The notes under the pieces were generated by a model that ran no database searches, was not told where the DNA came from, and saw only the letters and a list, made by a program, of their open reading frames with translations. Made by a program: the position numbers and the translations under genes. This document shows, piece after piece, positions 34,801 through 42,810 of a stretch of DNA of 52,749 nucleotides (positions are counted from its first letter, which is position 1; each line of letters begins with the position of its first letter). Source of the DNA: an uncultured Woeseia sp. (lineage in GTDB: Bacteria > Pseudomonadota > Gammaproteobacteria > Steroidobacterales > UBA11654). The stretch is from NCBI GenBank assembly GCA_964629335.1, contig CAZVRH010000005.1, positions 1 to 52,749 of the forward strand, read 5' to 3'.

Positions 34801-35731
34801 AACCTGTGGCCGCCCCCGGGTAGGGCGAAATTGCTGTTGGGTGATTATGTGTTTCAACTTTCATCATCGTATGAATATTATCTTTGACATAGGAGTAACT
34901 TTGTCCCGTATTGGAGGGCATGAACCAACGCCCTTCTCCGCCTTGCATGACTGCCGCATTATCCTTATAAGCAGACAATACGCCGTTTGGATTTGACTTA
35001 TACGTGTCTTTAATCATATCGAACAGGCTCGATTCTTCTTTGTTTCCATCTATGGTCCATTCGGCATTAAAGACTTTATGTCTGCAATGTTCTGAATTAG
35101 CCTGTGCAAACATCATTAACTCTGCATCCGTCGGGTCCCTTCCTAAATTTTGAAATTGCTCTAACAGATAGTGAATTTCTTGATTATTTAAAGCTAAACC
35201 TAAATTCGTATTCGCTTTTTCTAACGCGGCTTGACCTTCGGATAAAATAGGAATCGCAGCATGTGCGACTGGTTTTTCTGTTTGGAAAATCAAGTCAGGC
35301 TGCTCACTTTCAGGCAACACCTGTTGAGTCATTCGATCGTAGAGTTTAGAGATACACTGATTTCTTGTTTCCTGATCTTTTGATAAAGACACTAAAGTGA
35401 ACATTAGACCTCGCTCTATTTGTTTAATGTTTCCTAATCCTGAACTGTGAGCAATGTCCGTCGATTTGCTTGACCACGGTGAAGTGGTACCTAATCTTGG
35501 AATGACAAGAACCTTATCGCCTTGATCTGGCCCTAGCTCCCAATCCGGTCCATAGGTTAGCAGTGAATTGAGAATCTGGATCTCTTGCTCATTGAGGGTT
35601 GTAATATTGTCAATAAAATGAATATACCTCGCCCCTAATGAAGTAATGCCGGGGTCTAGATTTTGTAATTCAATTAGAAGTTGATGGAGTCTGAACGGTG
35701 AGTGAGATGGAGGGCCTTCAATGGTGATCAT
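31829..35731 (-). CDS. purL: Phosphoribosylformylglycinamidine synthase (large fused type)
   Basis: MFAQANSEHCRHK, KVETHNHPTAISP, GAATGSGGEIRDE, HDVGAGG, GVCNGCQ and MPHPER glutaminase motifs; 1300 aa. Confidence 0.98.
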   Translation of the reverse strand: MITIEGPPSHSPFRLHQLLIELQNLDPGITSLGARYIHFIDNITTLNEQEIQILNSLLTYGPDWELGPDQGDKVLVIPRLGTTSPWSSKSTDIAHSSGLGNIKQIERGLMFTLVSLSKDQETRNQCISKLYDRMTQQVLPESEQPDLIFQTEKPVAHAAIPILSEGQAALEKANTNLGLALNNQEIHYLLEQFQNLGRDPTDAELMMFAQANSEHCRHKVFNAEWTIDGNKEESSLFDMIKDTYKSNPNGVLSAYKDNAAVMQGGEGRWFMPSNTGQSYSYVKDNIHTMMKVETHNHPTAISPYPGAATGSGGEIRDEAATGRGGSPKAGLTGFSVSHLRIPNDIQSWEKTIGKPDRIASALDIMLEGPIGGASFNNEFGRPNIFGYFRTFESPKDQSQTKSWGYHKPIMIVGGMGNISESSVQKRDTKKGSLIIVLGGPAMLIGLGGGSASSLNAGASNEDLDFASVQRGNAELERRVQEVINRCFSLTLDEAHESNNPIILIHDVGAGGLSNAVPEIIDHSKMSADLELRKILNAEPGMSPLEIWCNEAQERYVLSIDPDNLELFDQICQRERCPYSVIGTVNTHGYLRLKDDQFNNFPIDMPMEVLFGNPPKTELAISTQSSEVDCQTLDGIDIEDACKKILRFPTVADKTFLIHIGDRTVGGLVSQDQFIGPWQVPVSDVGVTLRDHYSSMGEAMSMGERTPVATINPSASGRLAVAEAITNILSASIKEISDVKFSANWMSSIQTDAQKQALFETVRAVTIDFCSQIGLTIPVGKDSLSMQTTWTADDQENQVTAPLSLIISAFAQVDDVNKTITPQLKRQGDSLLLLIDLGKGNNRLGASCLAQIYNRSLGESPDIDNPGLLKTFFDAITDLKARNTILAYHDRSDGGLFATVTEMAFAGNTGVSVHLKTGTIDETLSLLFSEEIGAVLEIDENNLETVMNVLQEYSLEGLASIIGRTQESKQISLETDHGFSSTFTLRELRQSWSELSFRMQSLRDNPETAKEAFEATLDVSDPGITAKITFTQRNPDQSIRRKDKRPKIAVLREQGVNSHVEMAVAFHKAGFEAIDVHMTDIIDGQNGLDDFQGLVACGGFSYGDVLGAGGGWAKSILYNPIARKHFEDFFNHTETFTLGVCNGCQMLSQLKGIIPGADHWPQFVKNLSEQFEARLSLVEITKSSSLFLENMEGSILPIATSHGEGRTQYHGSDDKEALEQHRQISLRYVDNYGHPAQSYPFNPNGSEDGLAGFCSKDGRVTIIMPHPERVIRKQQHSWCPPEWAEDGPWLQIFHNAREWVG

Positions 35732-35751
35732 CTTTCACTCCAGATAAAAAA

Positions 35752-36087
35752 CTAAGTCTTAGAGTTATCATCTGGAACAAAGACTGTATTTGGCAATTGT
35801 GTCACATTATCGCCTTCAGCTTTACTGACTTTGCTAACACCCTGCTTGTCGACTTCATCAATTCTTAAAACAGAATGCATCGGCAAATAGGTTCGATTCA
35901 CACCTTCGAATTCAGTTTTTATTTTTTCTTCCGAGGGATCCACTACCAGCGATGTCTTTTCTCCAAAAACAAGAGATTCTATTTCTATAAAACCAAGAAG
36001 ATTGCTGTTGGCTATACTTTTAGCATAAATCTCATACAGCTTACCCTGATTACTAAAAGTAACTTTATATAGTTTTTTTGATGCCAT
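35752..36087 (-). CDS. DUF1820 family protein
   Basis: YKVTFSNQGKLYEIYA, LVVDPSEEKIKTEFEGVNRTYLPMHSVLRIDEV resembles the DUF1820 consensus as I recall it. Confidence 0.8.
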   Translation of the reverse strand: MASKKLYKVTFSNQGKLYEIYAKSIANSNLLGFIEIESLVFGEKTSLVVDPSEEKIKTEFEGVNRTYLPMHSVLRIDEVDKQGVSKVSKAEGDNVTQLPNTVFVPDDNSKT

Positions 36088-36106
36088 TTAATTGATTAAT
36101 CTAACA

Positions 36107-36126
36107 ACGAATTATTGACGAATTAT
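36107..36126. repeat. 9-bp direct repeat ACGAATTAT x2 at 11-bp period
   Basis: Copies at 36107-36115 and 36118-36126, overlapping a minus-strand TATAAT (36122-36127) upstream of DUF1820-purL. Confidence 0.55.
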
Positions 36127-36189
36127 AACTCAGAATTTGAATCATATGGTTATTATTACAATTCGATATTTTAATGTGTAAGAAAACAA

Positions 36190-36217
36190 TTGAAATGATA
36201 ATGATTATCATTATTAT
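36190..36217 (+). promoter_or_regulatory. Fur box within a sigma70 promoter
   Basis: GATAATGATTATCATTATT (36197-36215) matches the Fur consensus GATAATGATAATCATTATC at 17/19; perfect TGATAAT-G-ATTATCA 7-1-7 at 36196-36210; nested in TTGAAA-N16-TATTAT. Confidence 0.85.
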
Positions 36218-36244
36218 GTAACTTTATAGTATGCTAGAGAACTC

Positions 36245-36385
36245 TTGAAATTCTTAAATAAAATAAAAACAAATAAAAAAAAGATTCTGGGCTACACGGT
36301 AAAAGGATCGATTTGGTTTTTTATTATTAAAGGAACTATCTCAACCATACTTATTTTATTGGGAATTTTTTACCTTACGAATTAA
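36245..36385 (+). CDS. Small membrane protein (46 aa), not in the ORF track
   Basis: TTG start after AGAGA; MKFLNKIKTNKKKILGYTVKGSIWFFIIKGTISTILILLGIFYLTN; basic N-terminus and hydrophobic C-terminus; fills the gap between the Fur promoter and the P19-like gene. Confidence 0.6.
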   Translation: MKFLNKIKTNKKKILGYTVKGSIWFFIIKGTISTILILLGIFYLTN

Positions 36386-36398
36386 AAGTCGAAAATAA

Positions 36399-36953
36399 TT
36401 GAAAATGAAAATATATCACTACCTGACTGCTGTTCTAATTATGTTTACGGTAACACAAGCCAACTCATTGCCTGAACTGATTATTGGTCAATCGTCAATA
36501 GAGCCAGGAATTGACTTAATATTTGAGGGAGGCATCAAAGATGATGTCACTCCAGCAAAATATTATTTAGGTGAATATGCGACGGACGTTCATATAGAAG
36601 TCCTAGCCAATTGGTCCTCAAATGCGCCGTCAGGATCTCCAATCGGAGGGCATGTCGCCTATCTCGAAGTTACTGCAGAAATCATTAACGAGAACTCAAA
36701 AGAATCATCTAATGTAGAACTCACCCCGCATTTAAACATGTCAGACAATTTTCACTACGCACAAAATATCAAATTACCTGGAAATGTTAATGAGTCCTAT
36801 ACTGTAATATTCAAGATTAGTCAGCCCGTATCAGGCAATATGGGATTGCACTATGACTGGAGGAATCAAGTTGCAAATTCATTAACTCCAGGGGGTAGAT
36901 TTGAGTTTAAAAATATCGACTTCGAACAGATTGCCTTATCCACTAGACGATAA
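36399..36953 (+). CDS. Periplasmic iron/metal-binding protein, P19/Tpd/FetP family (divergent)
   Basis: Signal peptide; DVHIEV, YLEVTAEI, SDNFHYAQNIKLPG, GLHYD motifs; downstream of a Fur box; start may be the ATG at 36405. Confidence 0.8.
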   Translation: MKMKIYHYLTAVLIMFTVTQANSLPELIIGQSSIEPGIDLIFEGGIKDDVTPAKYYLGEYATDVHIEVLANWSSNAPSGSPIGGHVAYLEVTAEIINENSKESSNVELTPHLNMSDNFHYAQNIKLPGNVNESYTVIFKISQPVSGNMGLHYDWRNQVANSLTPGGRFEFKNIDFEQIALSTRR

Positions 36954-37025
36954 GTTGTTTTCATAGCTTCAAGTATTAAGTTTTAAAGCCTTCAAAATAA
37001 GATTAAAATCGAAGGACTGGTAATT

Positions 37026-38741
37026 ATGTTAAAAACACACATCAAAAGACTAACTTGTTTTGTCCTGATTCTAACGATCATGTCCTGCGGAGAGGATTCC
37101 GACAAACAACTCTCAACACAAACCTCTTTATCAGTTGAAAAGCTCGTAGAACATAGTCAGGAATTTGAACCCAATATCTATTCTTATGGAAACGGTATCC
37201 ATATGGCTGTGGGTTACGGAATCGCAAATTCGATCATGGTTGAGGGAGATAATGCCAACATAATTATTGATGCTTCAGATAGCACTTTTGAAGCTGAGCT
37301 CGTTTACAAACAGTTTAAAAAAATAAACTCTAAGCCCATTAAGGCCATTATTTACACTCACAACCATGGTGACCATACTTTTGGGGCTGCTTATTATTAC
37401 AACTTATTTGAAGAGAAACCCGATGTCATTGCACATGAATCAACGGATTATTATGTTGAACGAATCATGGGGATCTTAAATCCGATTATTTCCAAAAGAA
37501 GCACCAGAATGTTCGGCACTGAGTTAGGAGATGAGGACGTTATCAACGTTGGTATTGGACCGTACCTTGGTGTCTCTCAAAGCCCGGTTGGATATATCAA
37601 GCCAAACATCACCTTTAAAGAAGAACTCAAACTAACCATTGCAGGCATAGACATTGAACTCTATCACGCACCTGGAGAAACCAACGATCAATTATTTGTT
37701 TGGTTGCCTCAGAAAAAAGCTTTAATGCCGGGTGACAATTTATATAGAACGTTCCCAAACCTATACACGATAAGAGGAACCACCCATCGTGATGTTAAAG
37801 GCTGGATTCAAAGCTTGGACCATATGCGTTCATTCAACCCTGAATATCTTTTTCCAAGTCATACTAGACCCTTATCGGGGCCGGAGGTTCTTCAAACTCT
37901 GACTCTTTATAGGGATGCTATTCAATACGTTCATGATCAAACTATTAGATTAATGAATAAAGGGTTATACCCAGATCAGATTATCGAATTAATTCAATTA
38001 CCAGACAATGTGGCTAATTCTCCATTTATTGCTGAATTCTATGGCACAGTACGATGGTCAGTAAAAAGCATATTTAATGGTTACTTAGGTTGGTTTAATG
38101 GCAATATCTCAGATTTAGATCCCTTGTCTAGAAAAGAAGAAGCAGAAAGATTAGCCAGGCTAGCCGGTGGACAAGATGCTTTATTTTCAGAACTTATAAA
38201 TGCTGTAAAAAACTATGATATGCAATGGGCATTGCAACTCAGTGATAGACTGATTGCTCTTAATTTTAGATCTGAAGAAACCCATAAACTCAGGGCACAA
38301 GCTGCTCAATATATAGGCGAACAATCTTCAAATCCCAATAAAAGAAATTATTTTCTAAGTGCTGCTTATGAATTAGATCCAAAGTACCAGCAAGGCTCAT
38401 TGCTTCCACAAACAGAATCTCTTTTAAAAGAAATTTCTATGGATATGTTCTTTGATATTTTAGCAGTGAGGTTAAACCCTGAAAAAATTCAGCCAGGAGA
38501 GTTTCGAGTGTGTTTTAGCTTCTCATCCGGTGTTCAAAAGTCAATAACGCTTCGAAACAGTATTGCTGAGATAGCCTCCCTAACAGCTGATTGTGATATT
38601 CAGGTAGAATCAGACGATCAAATCTTTAAAGAAATGCTTTCAGGTATTCGAAATCCCATCATTGCTATAACGACAGGTAAAATCAATACTAACGGTGAAG
38701 CAGCCTCCTTTTTAGCTTTTTTAAATAAGTTTAGTGACTGA
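37026..38741 (+). CDS. Alkyl sulfatase (SdsA1/BDS1-type MBL hydrolase with dimerisation and SCP2-like domains), probable lipoprotein
   Basis: YTHNHGDH, HAPGETNDQ, GDNLYRTFPNLYTIRGT, PSHTRP, YGTVRWS, YLGWFNGN; IMSC lipobox-like signal. Confidence 0.9.
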   Translation: MLKTHIKRLTCFVLILTIMSCGEDSDKQLSTQTSLSVEKLVEHSQEFEPNIYSYGNGIHMAVGYGIANSIMVEGDNANIIIDASDSTFEAELVYKQFKKINSKPIKAIIYTHNHGDHTFGAAYYYNLFEEKPDVIAHESTDYYVERIMGILNPIISKRSTRMFGTELGDEDVINVGIGPYLGVSQSPVGYIKPNITFKEELKLTIAGIDIELYHAPGETNDQLFVWLPQKKALMPGDNLYRTFPNLYTIRGTTHRDVKGWIQSLDHMRSFNPEYLFPSHTRPLSGPEVLQTLTLYRDAIQYVHDQTIRLMNKGLYPDQIIELIQLPDNVANSPFIAEFYGTVRWSVKSIFNGYLGWFNGNISDLDPLSRKEEAERLARLAGGQDALFSELINAVKNYDMQWALQLSDRLIALNFRSEETHKLRAQAAQYIGEQSSNPNKRNYFLSAAYELDPKYQQGSLLPQTESLLKEISMDMFFDILAVRLNPEKIQPGEFRVCFSFSSGVQKSITLRNSIAEIASLTADCDIQVESDDQIFKEMLSGIRNPIIAITTGKINTNGEAASFLAFLNKFSD

Positions 38742-38754
38742 CGACTGGATCGAT

Positions 38755-39213
38755 TTAACGCCGAGCTTGAAAAAAATCTTGGAGTAAAGTTAGGCACTTT
38801 ATTTCTAACAAACCTCCAGAAACCTCAAATCTATGGTTTAGGTGAGATGCGTCTGAAAAATCATAAATTGTTCCTGCCGCTCCGGCTCTTTTATCATAAG
38901 CTCCAAATATTAGATGTTCTATTCTTGCCTGTATCAAAGCTCCCATGCACATAATACAGGGTTCAAGAGTGACATAAATCGAACCCCCAAGACGATAATT
39001 ACCCTTGACTTGAGCAGCTTGTCTGAGAACTAATATTTCTGCATGAGCTGTTGGATCCTTCAAGCCAATGGTTTCATTGCCTGAAGTTGCTATAACCTGA
39101 TCGTCGCTAACAAAAACTGCCCCGACGGGTACCTCTCCAGCAATTTCTGCTCGTTGTGCTTGTTCAAGAGCAAGCTCCATAAAATATTCATGAGTTGGTT
39201 GCAATTTAATCAA
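38755..39213 (-). CDS. tadA: tRNA-specific adenosine-34 deaminase
   Basis: GEVPVGAV, DPTAHAE, YVTLEPCIMCMGA, LNHRFEV, LLQDFFQARR. Confidence 0.93.
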   Translation of the reverse strand: MIKLQPTHEYFMELALEQAQRAEIAGEVPVGAVFVSDDQVIATSGNETIGLKDPTAHAEILVLRQAAQVKGNYRLGGSIYVTLEPCIMCMGALIQARIEHLIFGAYDKRAGAAGTIYDFSDASHLNHRFEVSGGLLEIKCLTLLQDFFQARR

Positions 39214-40264
39214 TCTTTGAAAGAATGATGGCCTTGCTGCCTAATGGTAAACTGACCATGGTTCCATCTTCAGAGATCGTCCATTCTTCTCTTATTTTAT
39301 TCACGCCTCGAAGAAAAATCCTACTGGCCAAATTATTTATTGGGGCTGGAATGAGATGATAAAATATCAAGTGATCAACCTTAGCTAAATTAGCTATTCT
39401 GGCAGCTTCTTCAGGCGTGGTGTGATAGCTCAAAATATCTTTAAAGATCTTGGCTCTCAGGGGCATGCCCAACCTGTTTGAAATGTCTTCCATGATTTTT
39501 AAAATATGGTTTGCTTGAGCTTCATGAAATAAAACGTCGGCCTCATTTGCTGCTTGGATGAGATTTTCACTGTATTTAGTGTCCCCACTAATAACAATAG
39601 ATCTCCCCTTGTAATCAAAGCGAAATCCTAGTGCCGGCTTAACAGGATCATGAGCGACAGCAAATGCAGTAACTTTTAAATCATCTTCATCTATGATCAC
39701 AGGTTTCAATAAATCGATTGGATGAGGATCAAATCCTGCAACATCTAATGGCGCTACTTCATCCCCGTGATGTTCATTTCTAAATAGATAATCAGCTTGA
39801 TACGCCTCTTCAAAGCCTTTAGTTAAAAGATCGACACCTTCGGGTCCATAGACGTCTAATTTTTTTGCTCTCGATTGAGCGATCCAAGTGTGCTGATGCA
39901 AATCATTTAGATCAGCAATGTGGTCTGAATGAAGATGTGTAAGCAATACCTTTGGGTTGCTTAGAGGGATTCTCCAGTTCCTAAGATTGGCAACGCTTCC
40001 GTCACCGCTGTCGACGATAAAATGATGTTCACCTGCTTTTATCAAAATACATGCCTCTGCCCTGCCTGGAGATGGAATCGGAGAACGAGAACCACAAACA
40101 ACCGCTGTTAATGAATCCTCAGGAAGTACCATGGGAACAGCCAACAAACCCTCAACGGCATTTTCCATAAGTTTATCCTGAACCTCAGGGACTCTGATCA
40201 ATACGGCAATAGTTATCCCAAGAATTACAATTACACTAACTGTTATGTATTTTAATGATTTCAA
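39206..40264 (-). CDS. Membrane-anchored MBL-fold hydrolase, RNase Z/AtsA-like
   Basis: CGSRSP, VDSG, THLHSDH, VISGDT, LFHEA, SYHTTP, FYHLIP; N-terminal TM helix. Confidence 0.82.
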   Translation of the reverse strand: MKSLKYITVSVIVILGITIAVLIRVPEVQDKLMENAVEGLLAVPMVLPEDSLTAVVCGSRSPIPSPGRAEACILIKAGEHHFIVDSGDGSVANLRNWRIPLSNPKVLLTHLHSDHIADLNDLHQHTWIAQSRAKKLDVYGPEGVDLLTKGFEEAYQADYLFRNEHHGDEVAPLDVAGFDPHPIDLLKPVIIDEDDLKVTAFAVAHDPVKPALGFRFDYKGRSIVISGDTKYSENLIQAANEADVLFHEAQANHILKIMEDISNRLGMPLRAKIFKDILSYHTTPEEAARIANLAKVDHLIFYHLIPAPINNLASRIFLRGVNKIREEWTISEDGTMVSLPLGSKAIILSKID

Positions 40265-40671
40265 TGGTTTGGCTTAGTCTCTATATTTAGTTGACCTGCT
40301 AAGCCCGCACTTCGATGCTCTTCAATTTTTTGATACTCCTTATCCATAATCATGGATCGCATTGCTTTTCTGCTTGGATATTCCGCGATGGCAATCATAT
40401 CCCAAAGCTCTTCAACTTCTCCAAGCATTAATCGACTCACTTCTCCACTAAATATCATTTTTGCACCCACTTTCCGAAGATGCTCTTGCACTTCTTTTCC
40501 GTATATTTGGTAAGCCTCTTTTCCAGTTAAGTCAGTTTGCCGCCCATCTTTATACTCGGCCTTATCTTTAAACTTTAATAAATTAACCATGTGGATAGCT
40601 GTTTTTGTATCGCCCAGTAGAAATCCAGCCATTTGTTTAGCATTTGGTCTTAATTTGTTTTCCACTTTCAT
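40261..40671 (-). CDS. DUF1330-like protein
   Basis: MVNLLKF, AYQIYG, WDMIAIAEYPSR, HRSAGL pattern. Confidence 0.75.
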   Translation of the reverse strand: MKVENKLRPNAKQMAGFLLGDTKTAIHMVNLLKFKDKAEYKDGRQTDLTGKEAYQIYGKEVQEHLRKVGAKMIFSGEVSRLMLGEVEELWDMIAIAEYPSRKAMRSMIMDKEYQKIEEHRSAGLAGQLNIETKPNH

Positions 40672-41786
40672 AACTGCTCCTTAATAAAATCTATTAAAAT
40701 CTTAGATAATTGCTTGGGTCTAGTCCACTGATAAAAATGCCCACCTCCAATATGTGGAGCACTTTTTGCATTAGGTGCCATTTTTAATACATCCCTCTCA
40801 ATGCCATTCGTCACAGGATCATTCCCGGCAAATACTGATAAAAATGGTTTATTTGATGTTGCAAAAAACTCTCTCGCTTCTCTCTGTGCCTCCAGTGATG
40901 CATCAGGAATAATTGGGACCTGACTAGGCATTGCTCTTGGTCCCATTTTGTAGGAAGCATCCGGAAAGGGAGCCTCATATGCTTTCACCAAATCGGAAGT
41001 AAATGGCGATAAGCGGTCCAGACCCATTCTATGGAAAAAATATTCAGAGGATAAAGATATTTTTGATCGCTTCTCCATAGAAAAAGAGTTCACGAGACCG
41101 ATCGGTAAATTTTCTGTATCCCAACAAAACTTCTGCCAATACATGAACTTAAGGGCAGGATGAGTTTTCCAAGACCTCTCTTCCGAAAAGCTCTTACCAT
41201 CCATCTTTCTGATTTGTTTTATCATGCCCATCATGGTTAATTTTTCATCGCTTTCCCTAAAAGCTTTAATTTGATCGATGACTTCTTGCGGAACATCAGG
41301 ATTATAGGGTAGACCTGTATTTCCAACAGAGACCTTAATGAATCGATCTGGATCTTGGGCAACCATTCTAAGGCCAATGAGTCCTCCCCAGTCTTGGCCA
41401 AAAAAAGTAATTTCAGACAGGTCGTTCTCAGTCAACCATTGGCCCATCCAATCAACTTGTCTCTGATACGTATAGTCCTCTCTCGCAGCAGGTTTGTCAG
41501 ATTTTCCATAACCCGGTAAATCCGGAGCAATCACCCTGATCCCAGCAGAAGTTAAGAATGGGATCATTCTTGCATAAAGGTAGCTCCAAACTGGTTGGCC
41601 ATGCATTGCTAAAAGTATAGGCCCATTTCTTGGGCCTTCATCAATATGATGCACCCTAATCTCTGTTCCATCTTTGGTTTGAATGGATGTATAAACTGGC
41701 TCGAAAGGATAATCTTTAATGTTTTTAAAATATTTATTAGGCGTTCTTAATGCTTTCACTATTTCACTCCTTGAAAAGGTTCTCAC
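40668..41786 (-). CDS. Haloalkane dehalogenase (alpha/beta hydrolase, HLD-I-like)
   Basis: HIDEGP, HGQPVWSYLY, APDLPGYGKSDKP, GQDWGG nucleophile elbow, AYEAPFP, NDPVT acid, GGHF catalytic His. Confidence 0.85.
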   Translation of the reverse strand: MRTFSRSEIVKALRTPNKYFKNIKDYPFEPVYTSIQTKDGTEIRVHHIDEGPRNGPILLAMHGQPVWSYLYARMIPFLTSAGIRVIAPDLPGYGKSDKPAAREDYTYQRQVDWMGQWLTENDLSEITFFGQDWGGLIGLRMVAQDPDRFIKVSVGNTGLPYNPDVPQEVIDQIKAFRESDEKLTMMGMIKQIRKMDGKSFSEERSWKTHPALKFMYWQKFCWDTENLPIGLVNSFSMEKRSKISLSSEYFFHRMGLDRLSPFTSDLVKAYEAPFPDASYKMGPRAMPSQVPIIPDASLEAQREAREFFATSNKPFLSVFAGNDPVTNGIERDVLKMAPNAKSAPHIGGGHFYQWTRPKQLSKILIDFIKEQL

Positions 41787-42810
41787 AGCCTGTATTTTTT
41801 AATAAAGACACTGCAAGATCTTTATCTTCTTGATTTAACCGATTAAATTCTTCTCTGACCCAGTTGAGGCACTTGGCTTGATAAGGAAAGGTTTTCTGGC
41901 TCCAGTCTGATCCGCAAATTTGATTACTCCATGTGTCCTGATTTGCTGATATAGCTTCAGCATTTGCCAACATGGCAGGGACGTATGTTTTACCTATCTC
42001 GATCAATAAATCATTTAAAATTGGTTGCACACTCTCAGGTTTCATCCATTGTGTATTATCTGAGATACCACTAAGATCCTCCATGAGATCTACCCAGGCA
42101 ACTGTTCTCATTGATTGCTTCTCTGCAAGAGCTCGTGAGGTAGGATCAACATTGACTAATTGTGTCAGTTGTCCAAATATTCCAAAATCAGCAGATGATG
42201 GACGATCACCAAACAGAAAAGATTGTTTTGCTAATATTTTTTCTAGGATACCTAAGATTCTGAGAAAACTTGCTTCAATAATTGGGGCAGTGGTCTCATT
42301 GGATCCAACAACCCATAATCTACTAGTTTGTGCATTTACAATATAATCTCTGAAGGTTGAATAAGTTTCCTGATCAACATTAGTTCCATACAAAAAAGGC
42401 AGCCAATCACCAGCATTGTTTATATCTTTCTTGAAATGCCATCTGTAATGAAACATATATTTTGTTACCCATTCGTCTGCAAAATCTTCAATAAGATAGT
42501 TTAAAAAACTAAGTACCGGATTGCTCGGAATGACACTTCTTTCAGTAAAGTCATTTTCAAGATCTCTGATAATTGGGGTTGAGTCGCATTTTGCTATAAC
42601 ACCCTCATCCCCTTCAAATAAACAAACTGGCAACAAAACAGGCTTGGGTGGCTCAATGTTATTTTTCTTAAGAATATTGAGCGGTTGACCCCAAGTGACA
42701 AGATGGTTGATATGCCTAAACCTCAGTAAAGCTAACATTTTTCTAGTGTAAGGAGATCCTGGAACACCTATTAAATGAATTTTATGGTTATTAGTCATTA
42801 CTGTCTTCAA
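41764..42810 (-). CDS. Glutathione S-transferase family protein
   Basis: GVPGSPYTRKM N-terminal motif, CDSTPII, DFADEW, FLFGDRPSSADFGIFGQL. Confidence 0.85.
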   Translation of the reverse strand: MKTVMTNNHKIHLIGVPGSPYTRKMLALLRFRHINHLVTWGQPLNILKKNNIEPPKPVLLPVCLFEGDEGVIAKCDSTPIIRDLENDFTERSVIPSNPVLSFLNYLIEDFADEWVTKYMFHYRWHFKKDINNAGDWLPFLYGTNVDQETYSTFRDYIVNAQTSRLWVVGSNETTAPIIEASFLRILGILEKILAKQSFLFGDRPSSADFGIFGQLTQLVNVDPTSRALAEKQSMRTVAWVDLMEDLSGISDNTQWMKPESVQPILNDLLIEIGKTYVPAMLANAEAISANQDTWSNQICGSDWSQKTFPYQAKCLNWVREEFNRLNQEDKDLAVSLLKNTGCENLFKE

